A DNA stretch of 38,460 nt from Thermoflexus sp. (lineage in GTDB: Bacteria; Chloroflexota; Anaerolineae; Thermoflexales; Thermoflexaceae). The translations under genes were made by a program, and so were the position numbers. The first letter of the stretch is position 1; each line of letters opens with the position of its first letter. The notes beneath the pieces were generated by a model. It did no database searches, was not told the DNA's origin, and worked only from the letters and a program-made list of their open reading frames with translations. The DNA is taken from assembly GCA_017743605.1 (NCBI GenBank), contig JAGHYO010000001.1, forward strand, positions 1-38,460, written 5' to 3'. Positions 1-8,385 of this stretch are shown here, one piece after another.

Positions 1-849
1 TATCCGATGGCGGAGGTCTTTCGCTTCGTCCCCTGGGAGGAACCCGCGCCGTGGCAGCCGGCTGGAGTTCGTTTCGAGCGGGGGATCGTCTTAGAGGCGG
101 TGGCCTGGCCCGATCCGGTCACGGACCCCAGCGGGAGCATCCGGGTAGGGCTGCGCTGGCGGGCGGAGGGGGCCCCTGCGGAGCGCTACGTGGTGTTTGT
201 CCATCTGTGGGATGAGCAAGGGCGCTACCGGGCCGGCGTCGATCGGGAGCCGGAGCCCCCAACTTCCGAATGGCAGCCTGGGCACATCATCATCCAGACC
301 CTAGCCCTTGCGGCCCCGCCGTTCCTGCCGGCCGGCCGCTATCGCCTGATGGTGGGGCTCTACGAGCTGACAGGCTCCGGCTGGCGGCGCCTGCGCACGG
401 CGGAGGGCGCGGAGGCCTGGCAGATCGGAGAAGCGGAGATCCGCCCCCGCCTTGCGAGCGCCTCCGCCTCCGGCATCCCCCTGCCGGGCGGGATCACCGT
501 CCGGCCCCAGGGTGCGTGGCGGACGACCCTGGATGGGACGCCACGGTTGCGGGTGCACCTCCTCTGGCAGACGGACCGCCCGCTCCCGGATGACACCCAT
601 CGCCTCTGGATCCGGGGTCCGGACGGGACGATGCGGCCCCCGGATCCCCCGGAGGGATGGTTCCCGGGATCTCGGGCTGCTGGCGAGGAAGTGGCAGAGA
701 TCTGGGAATGGCGGGAGCCGCTCCCCCCGGGGCGCTATCAGGTCTTCTGGGAGGGCGGAGGTCTCTTCCCCCTCTTCGCCTTCCGGATCCCTCCCGAGGA
801 CAACCGATGGGATTACGACTGGATCTTCCGGAACCGTCTCCCCTGGTAG
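1..849 (+). CDS. C-terminal part (5'-truncated by window) of a Chloroflexi-type membrane/surface protein, often annotated GT39/PMT-associated, with two beta-sandwich-like repeats
   Basis: Frame is open from base 1. Motifs LRWRA..YVVFVHL..D..P..PTSEWQPG..PAGRYRL and a second LLWQT..LPPGRYQV unit are typical of these C-terminal domains. Confidence 0.55.
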   Translation, partial: YPMAEVFRFVPWEEPAPWQPAGVRFERGIVLEAVAWPDPVTDPSGSIRVGLRWRAEGAPAERYVVFVHLWDEQGRYRAGVDREPEPPTSEWQPGHIIIQTLALAAPPFLPAGRYRLMVGLYELTGSGWRRLRTAEGAEAWQIGEAEIRPRLASASASGIPLPGGITVRPQGAWRTTLDGTPRLRVHLLWQTDRPLPDDTHRLWIRGPDGTMRPPDPPEGWFPGSRAAGEEVAEIWEWREPLPPGRYQVFWEGGGLFPLFAFRIPPEDNRWDYDWIFRNRLPW

Positions 850-910
850 TCGCTTTGCTCTATGGGATGGCAAAATAAAGAGAACAAGAGTGCCGAAGGC
901 GGAGGAGGAC

Positions 911-2440
911 ATGCTGCAAGCGGATTCCGGGACAGCGCTGCGGTTCTTTGCTGGACTGGTCTACTACACCCTAGGGCTGATCCTCCTCCTGCAGTCTCGG
1001 GGCCAGAGCCGGCTCCGTCTGGCCCGCGGCCTCCCCTGGTTGGCGGGCTTTGGCCTTCTGCACGCCCTCTACGAGTGGAGCGGAGTTTTCCCGCTGCCTG
1101 ATCGCGTCCCATCTGGGGAACTGCTGGCCCTCGGCCGGACGGTGACCCTGGCCCTGTCCTTCCTATGCTTGTTAGAGTTCGGGGCGGACATCGTGGCCCC
1201 GCTGGGCTCCCGCTGGCGATGGCTGCGCTCCCTCGGATGGGTCATGTTCGTGATCTGGGGGATCGTTGCCTTTCTCCTCAGCCTCCTCCTTCAGCCCCTG
1301 TCTACCTGGCGGATAGGTGTTGAGGCCGCCGCCCGGCTCCTCCTGGGCTTCCCTGGCGGGATGCTCGCCGCTTACGCCCTGCGCCGGCATACCTTCCACT
1401 TGCTTGTCCCCGTGGCCCGACCTCACATCATCAGCATGCTGCGCATGGCCGGCCTGGCCATCGCCAGCTACAGCGTCCTCGCAGGGCTGATCGGGCCCGC
1501 CGGGCCCTTCTTCCCTCTGAATCAAGTAAACGAAGAAACCGTGGAACGCCTCACCGGGATCCCGGTGTTTCTCCTGCGCAGTCTGGCTGGCATTGTGCTG
1601 GTCGGAGGGATGCTGCGGGCCCTGGAGATCTTCGAGATTGAGCTGAGCAGCCGGCTGGGCAGCCTGGAGGAGGCCCAGATCCTGGCCAGCGAGCGAGAGC
1701 GGATGAGCCGGGAGCTGCACGACCGTACCCTCCAGATGATCTACGGCGCCGGTCTTCTGCTCCGCAACTTCCAGGCCCAGATGGAGCCCGCGATGGCCTC
1801 CACTCTCGATTCGGTCATCCGCATGCTGGACCAAGCGGTGCGGAGCCTGCGGGAGATTCTGCAGGAATGGCAGGCTCGCCCAGCCATGGCCAGCCTGGTG
1901 GATGGGATGGAGCGGCTGATCCGCGAATACGGGCTCCCCGCCCTGATGGATGTGGAAACGGACTGGCAGATCCCGCCCGACGCCCAGCTCCCTCCGACCC
2001 AGCTCCGCCACATCCTGGCCATCGTCTCCGAGGCCTTAAGCAACGTGGTCCGCCACGCCCGCGCCCGCCGCGTCCGCATCGCCGCCGCGCTGGAGGACGG
2101 GCGCCTGCAGATCCGCATCGCCGATGACGGCCGGGGCTTCGGGCCAGAGGCCCAGCCCGGCTTCGGCCTACGCAACATGGAAGAGCGAGCACACCTGCTG
2201 AACGGGTGCCTGGAGATCCAGAGCCAGCCTGGCCTGGGGACCACCGTGATCTTAGAGATCCCGTGGGGGGGGATCCGTCGGGACGACCTCTATCGTCCTC
2301 TGCGGGCGGGCCAGCCCCAGCCGGAGGAACAGGAGGGGCGCCCCGGCGGTCACGTAGCGGCCGACCCACAGATAGCGGAGCAACCGGAGCCCGGGCATCC
2401 CGGCCGCCTCCCCAAGGAGGCCGGTAAAGGCCATCCCTAA
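911..2440 (+). CDS. Membrane sensor histidine kinase (multi-TM N-terminus, HisKA_3 + HATPase_c)
   Basis: ATG 911 follows GGAGGAGG (901-908). H-box ERERMSRELHD, N-box EALSNVVRHA, G1 DDGRGF and G2 GFGLRNM are present. The N-terminal ~240 aa is hydrophobic. Confidence 0.93.
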   Translation: MLQADSGTALRFFAGLVYYTLGLILLLQSRGQSRLRLARGLPWLAGFGLLHALYEWSGVFPLPDRVPSGELLALGRTVTLALSFLCLLEFGADIVAPLGSRWRWLRSLGWVMFVIWGIVAFLLSLLLQPLSTWRIGVEAAARLLLGFPGGMLAAYALRRHTFHLLVPVARPHIISMLRMAGLAIASYSVLAGLIGPAGPFFPLNQVNEETVERLTGIPVFLLRSLAGIVLVGGMLRALEIFEIELSSRLGSLEEAQILASERERMSRELHDRTLQMIYGAGLLLRNFQAQMEPAMASTLDSVIRMLDQAVRSLREILQEWQARPAMASLVDGMERLIREYGLPALMDVETDWQIPPDAQLPPTQLRHILAIVSEALSNVVRHARARRVRIAAALEDGRLQIRIADDGRGFGPEAQPGFGLRNMEERAHLLNGCLEIQSQPGLGTTVILEIPWGGIRRDDLYRPLRAGQPQPEEQEGRPGGHVAADPQIAEQPEPGHPGRLPKEAGKGHP

Positions 2441-3212
2441 AAGAGCATATACCGATCCCAGGCGGATCAGACCGAGCGAGAGCCGGACGCCGCGCTGCGC
2501 CCACGCCCCTCCGGGATCAAATCCCCCGGAGACACAGGATTCGAGGAGAACCCCCCAGGCCATCCCCAGCCAGGCTCCCAGGGGCGCCGCGGTTTCTCGA
2601 GTGGGATGGAGGAGGAACAACGCCAGGGCCGCTCCGGCAGCCAAGATAGCTTTCGAAAGGATGGGACGGGGAAGGCGCCGACTCGGAGGGGGGGAACAAG
2701 ACGGAGCGCCGCTAGCGCCACAAGCGCTCCGATAACCCAGCCGGCCACCACATCGTGTGGGAAATGCACCCCCAGGACGATGCGGGAGAGGCCGACGAGC
2801 AGGATGAGGAGAACCGTGAAGAGGATAAAGGGTCCGCTGCGGATCGCCCCGCCAGGGTCCCCCACATAGCCGTCGTGTTCAGCGCGTGTCCGCTGGTCAG
2901 GCCGTAGCCCAGGGCTTCCCCGCCTGGCCGCCACACTTGCACCCGATCGGGGGCGATCTGGAAAGGTCGGGGCGCGGCGAAGAGGTCCTTGAGGACGAAA
3001 GTGAGATAGGCTCCCAGCAGCAGTGCCGCGGCGGCGTAGAGCGCCTCCCGCTTGCGGTAACCCCAAAGCAGCCCGGCGAGGATGAGCAGGAAGGCCTGCT
3101 CCTCCCCTAGCCAAGTGATCGCCTGCCACAGCGGGAGGGCCCAGGGCGGCTGGAGCGCCTGCAGCGCAACGATCCCCTCGATCTGCCAGCGGATCCAGTC
3201 GGGCATCCTCAT
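2252..3212 (-). pseudogene. PAP2-family membrane phosphatase split over three frames (two frameshifts)
   Basis: C1 KDLFAAPRP and C2 TSGH lie in ORF 2712-3251, C3 SRIVLGVHFPHD lies in ORF 2467-3294, and the hydrophobic C-terminus lies in ORF 2252-2644. The frame switches are near homopolymers at 2847-2850 and 2688-2694. Confidence 0.8.
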
Positions 3213-3276
3213 TGCTCTGAGAAAGATGAAACGGCCTGCAAGGCACTTCACGCCTGATTCTTTTCCACAGGCGCAG

Positions 3277-3289
3277 TGCTATAGTATCA
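3277..3289. promoter_or_regulatory. Overlapping divergent extended -10 elements
   Basis: + strand TGcTATAGT (3277-3285) and - strand TGaTACTAT (3289-3281), in an AT-rich gap between divergent genes. Confidence 0.55.
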
Positions 3290-3342
3290 TTCAATTAACG
3301 AGAGGTCAGACTTTCCATCCCTCTATGTGGAAAGGAGGTCCC

Positions 3343-4032
3343 ATGACGGTTCGGGTCACCTGGTATGGTCACGCGGCGTTTCTCCTGGAGAGCGACGGCA
3401 AGCGCATCCTTATCGATCCTTTCCTGAGCGGCAACCCCCTGGCTCCGGTGAAGGCCGAGGAGGTGCAGGCCGATGTCATCCTCATCACTCACGGTCATGC
3501 CGATCACGTGGGGGACGCCGTGGACATCGCCCGGCGGACCGGCGCGCTGGTGATCAGCAACTATGAGATCACCTCCTGGTTCCAGAGCAAGGGGGTGCAG
3601 AACGTCTGGCCGCTGCACATCGGCGGAGGCCGGAATTTCGACTTCGGCCGCGTCAAGCTGACCCCCGCCCTCCACGGCTCCGGCCTCCCGGATGGCGCCT
3701 ACGGGGGGAACCCGGCGGGCGTCCTCTTATATCTGGGCAAGCACCGCATCTACCACGCTGGCGACACTGGGCTCTTCGGAGACATGAAGCTGATCGGCGC
3801 GGAGAAGCTGGACCTGGCCATGCTGCCCATCGGAGACAACTTCACCATGGGGCCCGCCGACGCCCTCCAGGCCGTCCGCCTGCTGAAGCCGAAGGTGGTC
3901 ATCCCCATGCACTACAACACGTGGGATCTGATCCAGCAGGATCCCCACGCGTGGGCCCGGAAAGCGAAGGCGGCGGTGAAGGGCCTCAGGGTGGTGGTGC
4001 TGGAGCCCGGCGGGACCTTCCAGCTTAAATAA
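3343..4032 (+). CDS. Metal-dependent hydrolase, metallo-beta-lactamase fold (UPF0173-like)
   Basis: ATG follows AAAGGAGG. Motifs WYGHA, IDPF, THGHADH, YHAGDT, LPIGD and PMHYNT. Confidence 0.92.
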   Translation: MTVRVTWYGHAAFLLESDGKRILIDPFLSGNPLAPVKAEEVQADVILITHGHADHVGDAVDIARRTGALVISNYEITSWFQSKGVQNVWPLHIGGGRNFDFGRVKLTPALHGSGLPDGAYGGNPAGVLLYLGKHRIYHAGDTGLFGDMKLIGAEKLDLAMLPIGDNFTMGPADALQAVRLLKPKVVIPMHYNTWDLIQQDPHAWARKAKAAVKGLRVVVLEPGGTFQLK

Positions 4033-4060
4033 GAAAACCAGCGTTGATGAAGCCGCTTCC

Positions 4061-5224
4061 TCAAAAGGCCGGCGGGCTGCCGTGGGGCCCGCTGGCCAGG
4101 TTTATCCGTCCTCCCCGAAGCCAGGGAGGCGGCCTCTTTGCTCTGTCTGGCGTCGGTAGCAGCGGCGCAACCATGCGTAGGTAGCGGGGCATCAGCTTGG
4201 TGTAAAGCCGGTAGAGAAGTGGCCGGGCGGGGTAATCCCAGGCCCCGATGAAGCGCACGTAGCGCCCCCCGAACCCCCGCTTGAAGCGATAGACGCCCCA
4301 CATGGGGTCTGACGCCACCGGCTCAGCCGGTGCCCCCCAGAAGTCATACCAGCGGCATCCGACCGAGCGCGCCCAGCGGATGGCTTCCCACTGGAGGCGG
4401 TGGTTGGGCATCTTCTCCCGGTGGCGGTCCCGCGAGGCGCCGTAGAAATACCAGGCGGTGGGCCCGAAGCGGTAGAGGATCACCATCGCTACCGGCTCCC
4501 CGCCTACCTCGGCCAGGAGCGGCCGGGCGCAACCTGCCCCGTAGAACATCCCCCATGCCCGCAAGTAGTAGGCCCGGGGTCGGATCACGAAGCGATCCCG
4601 CCGCGCCGTCTCCGCGTAGAGATCGTAAAGCAGGTCGAAGGCCTCCGGGCCCACTGGCCGCACTGTCACGCCCTTGCGCTCAGCCAAGCGGATGTTGTAG
4701 CGGGTCTTAGGATGCATCCCCCGCAGCAAGGCCTCCTCATCGGCCTCCAGGTCCAGCCACAGGCTGGCCGGGAACTGCACCGACTCGGCCGCCGGTTGCC
4801 ATCCGCGGCGGAGCAGGAGAGCCTTCAGGGGGACGGCCACCCGAGCCTGCGATCTCTCCTCTGCGGGGCCCTCCGATTCCACCACCTCGGGGTCGATCCG
4901 TAGGAAGATCCCCCGGCTCCGGCGGGCGAGCGCCTCCAGGTCCCGGAGGACGACTTCCGCCGCTTCTTCATCGGCCGGATCCATTAGGGGTCCTCGGGGG
5001 ATGTAGAGCACGCGGAACAGGCCGAGGCGATCCTCACGGCACAGCACCTGGGCGGCCGCCCGCACCCGTCCGCCCGCATCGACCCAGAGCCAGCGCGCGG
5101 GCCGCCAGCCATACAGGGCCTTGAAGGCCCCCCACGTCCAGCTCTGAAGGATATGGGGGAAAGGCAGCTGGAGCAGCGCCCGATCCCAGGCCTGGGGATC
5201 CTCGATCCGGAGGGAGCGGATCAC
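4061..5224 (-). CDS. FemABX/MurM-family tRNA-dependent peptidyl-transferase
   Basis: GTG at 5224 overlaps the upstream stop (GTGA). Motifs HILQSWTWG..K, YIPRGP, KTRYNIRLAERKGV, WYFYGAS, YDFWG and GVYRFKRGFGG. Confidence 0.9.
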   Translation of the reverse strand: MIRSLRIEDPQAWDRALLQLPFPHILQSWTWGAFKALYGWRPARWLWVDAGGRVRAAAQVLCREDRLGLFRVLYIPRGPLMDPADEEAAEVVLRDLEALARRSRGIFLRIDPEVVESEGPAEERSQARVAVPLKALLLRRGWQPAAESVQFPASLWLDLEADEEALLRGMHPKTRYNIRLAERKGVTVRPVGPEAFDLLYDLYAETARRDRFVIRPRAYYLRAWGMFYGAGCARPLLAEVGGEPVAMVILYRFGPTAWYFYGASRDRHREKMPNHRLQWEAIRWARSVGCRWYDFWGAPAEPVASDPMWGVYRFKRGFGGRYVRFIGAWDYPARPLLYRLYTKLMPRYLRMVAPLLPTPDRAKRPPPWLRGGRINLASGPHGSPPAF

Positions 5225-6231
5225 GCCCGGATCAGCCTCCGAAGCAGGCGGTAGAGTCGGGGGCGATAGACACGATCGAAGGCGCCTGCCCAGCGGACGA
5301 TGCGGCCGCCGAACCCCCGCTTGAAGCGATACACGCCCCACAGCCCATCCCGGCGGGCCGTGAACTGGGCCTCCAGGATCTCCGGCTCCTCATCCGGGAT
5401 CCCCCACAGGTCATACAGACGGCATCCCCGCGCCTTCGCCCAGCACATCGCCGTCCACTGAAGGGCGTAGGTGGGCATCTTCTCCCGGTGGTGGTCTCCC
5501 GAGGCGCCGTAGAAATACCAGGCTCGCTCCCCCCAGGCGAAGGCCATCAGCCCGGCCAGGGGCTCCTCCTCATAGTAAGCCAGCCAGAGGCGGGCCAGAT
5601 GGGGGACGAAGCGCTCGTAGGCGGCGCGATAATACGCGAACGCGTGGATGGCGAAGCGATCCCGCTCCGCTGTCCGACGGAGCAGCTCGTAAAACCGGTG
5701 GAGATCCTCCGGCCCGGCCTCCCGCACCGTCACGCCCTTGCGCTCGGCCAGGCGGATATTATAGCGGGTCTTGGGATGCATCCGCCGAAGCAGGGCCTCC
5801 TCCTCTCCCTCGAGGGAGACGAGGATGGTCCGCCGGGGCTGCACAGGCGGGGCGGGCTGGAACCCGAAGGCGAGAGGGTCCAGGGCGAGCTCCCCCTCGG
5901 TCACGTCGGGTTCGAGACGCAGGTAAAGCGCGTGAGACTCCCGAGCCTGGCGGTCCAGGGCGGCCAGCAAGCGACGGAAGATCTCCGGGCGTTGCCATTC
6001 CCCGATGGGCCCTTTTGGGACGTAGAGGATGGAAAAGCCCAGGGGCAGGGAGCGGATCAATACCTGGAGGCCGGCGCGGGGGGAGCCGTCCTCGATCACC
6101 AGCCACCGGCGGGCCTTCCAGCCAAAGCTCGCCTTCAGCGCGGCCCAGGGCGCGGTCTGGAGAAGGTGGGCCTTCGGATGAGCCTCCAGGAAGGCCATCC
6201 AGACCTCCGCATCCACCTCCCGGAGGCCCAT
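5221..6231 (-). CDS. FemABX/MurM-family tRNA-dependent peptidyl-transferase (paralog)
   Basis: Start at ATG 6231 (MGLREV). Motifs HLLQT..W..LK, YVPKGP, KTRYNIRLAERKGV, YDLWG and GVYRFKRGFGG. Confidence 0.9.
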   Translation of the reverse strand: MGLREVDAEVWMAFLEAHPKAHLLQTAPWAALKASFGWKARRWLVIEDGSPRAGLQVLIRSLPLGFSILYVPKGPIGEWQRPEIFRRLLAALDRQARESHALYLRLEPDVTEGELALDPLAFGFQPAPPVQPRRTILVSLEGEEEALLRRMHPKTRYNIRLAERKGVTVREAGPEDLHRFYELLRRTAERDRFAIHAFAYYRAAYERFVPHLARLWLAYYEEEPLAGLMAFAWGERAWYFYGASGDHHREKMPTYALQWTAMCWAKARGCRLYDLWGIPDEEPEILEAQFTARRDGLWGVYRFKRGFGGRIVRWAGAFDRVYRPRLYRLLRRLIRA

Positions 6232-6311
6232 ACCTTCCAGCGCGCCGCCACCCTCCGCAGGGGCTATAAACCCGCCGAGTGGCTCGAGCGCCCCGCGAGG
6301 CCGGCGTTCCA

Positions 6312-7001
6312 TCATCCGAGAGCAAACCGGTAGCCGTGGCCGCGCTCTGTCAGCAAAAAGCGCGGCTGATCGGGGTCCGGCTCGATCCGCTGGCGAAGGC
6401 GCCAGATATACCATTTGACGTTCTGGGGGTCCACGCTGCCGTCGGGCCAGACGTTCCGGGCGATCTCCTCGGGACTGAGGGTTTGCCCGGCTCGCTCCGC
6501 CAAATAGCACAGCAGGCGGTGTTCGGTCTCCGTCAGCAGTCGCTCCTCCCCATGCAGGATCGCCCGGGGATACTGGGGATCAATGAGCAGAGCGCTCTCT
6601 CCGAAGCGCCAGTAGATCCGTTTGCCGGGCGGCGGCAGGCGGACCCGGCGCAGGTGGGCGTCGATGCGGGCGAGGAGCTCCTCTATCGAGAAGGGCTTCA
6701 CGATGTAATCGTCGGCGCCCAGCCTTAGCCCTTCCACCCGTTCCTCCACGGTGGTGCGGGCGGTCAGGATCAAGATGGGCACCGTGGAGACCGCGCGGAT
6801 CTGCCGGCAGATCTCTAGCCCATCGATATCGGGAAGCATAAGGTCCAGGATCACCAAGTCCGGCTGGTGCTCCTGGAACTTCTGCCAGCCCTCCGTGCCG
6901 TCAAAGGCCAGGGCCACCTGGAAGCCTCGGCGCTCCAGGAAACGACGGATGAGTTCCGCCAGCTCCGCCTCATCCTCCACCACCAGGATCGTCTCCGCCA
7001 T
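6312..7001 (-). CDS. OmpR/PhoB-family response regulator
   Basis: Receiver domain (VVEDE, ILDLMLP, LTA, GADDYIVKPF) plus winged helix (YIWRLRQRIEPDP..TERGHGY). Confidence 0.95.
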   Translation of the reverse strand: MAETILVVEDEAELAELIRRFLERRGFQVALAFDGTEGWQKFQEHQPDLVILDLMLPDIDGLEICRQIRAVSTVPILILTARTTVEERVEGLRLGADDYIVKPFSIEELLARIDAHLRRVRLPPPGKRIYWRFGESALLIDPQYPRAILHGEERLLTETEHRLLCYLAERAGQTLSPEEIARNVWPDGSVDPQNVKWYIWRLRQRIEPDPDQPRFLLTERGHGYRFALG

Positions 7002-7041
7002 CCGCGCCCTCCCCGCGCAGAGATCGAAGGATCCCAGAAAA

Positions 7042-7090
7042 CATACTGATCATTGACCTCAGTATGACACAGGGCAGGGAGTTTGAGCAA
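7042..7090 (-). promoter_or_regulatory. Putative sigma70 promoter with overlapping 8-bp inverted repeat
   Basis: TTGCTC (7090-7085), 18 nt, then CATACT (7066-7061) preceded by TGn. Inverted repeat CATACTGA-N9-TCAGTATG at 7042-7066. Confidence 0.55.
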
Positions 7091-7158
7091 GGTTAGCCGA
7101 CGGAGCTTCTGATCCCTATCTCGCCTAAGCGTTAGGAGGGAGGACCAGAGGCCCAGCT

Positions 7159-7686
7159 TCACGCCTTCTCTGCCTCATCGAGGAGGCCAGGCATAGGCCA
7201 TACCACCATGCGGTTGGCTTCGACGTCGATCTGCCGGACTACGTCCCGGATGGCCGGGATGAGGACCTCCCCGGAGGGGCCCAGGACGACATACACGTCG
7301 TTGGCGCCTGTGTAGAGGATCTCCTTCACCCGCCCCAGATATACCCCTTCGGTGGTGTAGACCTCCATATCCAGGATCTCGTGCTCATAGAACTCCCCTG
7401 GCGGGAGCGGGAGGGCCTCCGCCCGCTCGATCAGCACCAGACGCCCCCGCAGCGCCTCCGCCGCCTCCCGCGTCTCGCAGCCGGGCAGCTGCATGAGGAT
7501 CATCCCCTTGTGATACCGGAAGTGGACCCCCTCATAGGGGATGGCCTCCTCCCCGATGTAGACCCGCTGGAGCCGTTTCAGCTGTTCGGGGAAATCCGTG
7601 AGGATCTCCAGCTTCATCTCGCCTCGGACCCCCCAGGGTCGGGCGATCCGGGCCACGGCGAGGAAGCGGGGAAGCAGCTTCCGCAT
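7159..7686 (-). CDS. rimM: 16S rRNA processing protein RimM
   Basis: PWGVRGE, REAAEAL.G and TGANDVYVV motifs; follows rpsP-khpA. Confidence 0.96.
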   Translation of the reverse strand: MRKLLPRFLAVARIARPWGVRGEMKLEILTDFPEQLKRLQRVYIGEEAIPYEGVHFRYHKGMILMQLPGCETREAAEALRGRLVLIERAEALPLPPGEFYEHEILDMEVYTTEGVYLGRVKEILYTGANDVYVVLGPSGEVLIPAIRDVVRQIDVEANRMVVWPMPGLLDEAEKA

Positions 7687-7710
7687 CGCGAGCAACCCCG
7701 GTCTGGCGGC

Positions 7711-7944
7711 TCACTCCAGGGGCTCGATCCGCAGATCCACCTTCCGGCGCGGAGGGGCCGCGGCTTGCATGACCTGACGGATGGCCTCCGCCAGATGTCC
7801 CTCCCGGCCGATCAGGCGCCCTATCTCGCCGGGCGGCACCTTGAGGATGTATCGGATCACCGGCCCCCGGCGCAGCTCCCGAATCTGCACCGCGGAGGGA
7901 TCGTCCAGCATGGCTCGGGCGATGAAATCTAGGAAAGCCCGCAT
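7711..7944 (-). CDS. khpA: KH-domain RNA-binding protein
   Basis: IGRLIGREG KH motif, 77 aa, between rpsP and rimM. Confidence 0.88.
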   Translation of the reverse strand: MRAFLDFIARAMLDDPSAVQIRELRRGPVIRYILKVPPGEIGRLIGREGHLAEAIRQVMQAAAPPRRKVDLRIEPLE

Positions 7945-7953
7945 CGCGGCCCC

Positions 7954-8286
7954 TCAGCGAGGGGAGGTGGAGGCACCGGCCTCCAGGGCGGTGGCCTCCG
8001 CGACCAGGGCTTCCAGCGGCTCGCCGGCTTTCAGCCGCTCGAAGCGGGCCAGCGTCCCTGTCTTACGGAGCAGGGTCCGCACCGCCTCCGTAGGCTGGGC
8101 GCCCACCCGCAACCAGTGGAGGGCGCGGGCTTCGTCCACCACCATGGTCTCAGGCTCCGTGCGAGGGTTATAGTGCCCGATGATCTCGACGAACTTCCCA
8201 TCCCGCGGCGCCCGTGAATCCGCCACGACAATCCGATACGTAGGTTCATGCTTCTTTCCCGCGCGCTGTAGTCGGATCCGAACCAT
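7954..8286 (-). CDS. rpsP: 30S ribosomal protein S16
   Basis: MVRIRLQR.G.K..P.YRIVVADSRAPRDG, GAQPT; ATG at 8286 after GAGGTGGAG. Confidence 0.98.
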   Translation of the reverse strand: MVRIRLQRAGKKHEPTYRIVVADSRAPRDGKFVEIIGHYNPRTEPETMVVDEARALHWLRVGAQPTEAVRTLLRKTGTLARFERLKAGEPLEALVAEATALEAGASTSPR

Positions 8287-8385
8287 CTCCACCTCTGACA
8301 GGATGAAGTTTTTATCAATACAAACTGGGGTTGTCTCGTTCCGGAGCGGAACCGCCATAGGGGCGCAGCAGGCTGCGCTCGGACC

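Noticed and set aside
452-910. N-terminal extension of the kinase in the ORF track (likewise the extensions on the hydrolase, Fem, rpsP, toxin, nuoA/B, CA and gcvH ORFs)
   Set aside because: These extensions overlap upstream genes or promoters. Downstream starts with clear RBSs match the family N-termini.
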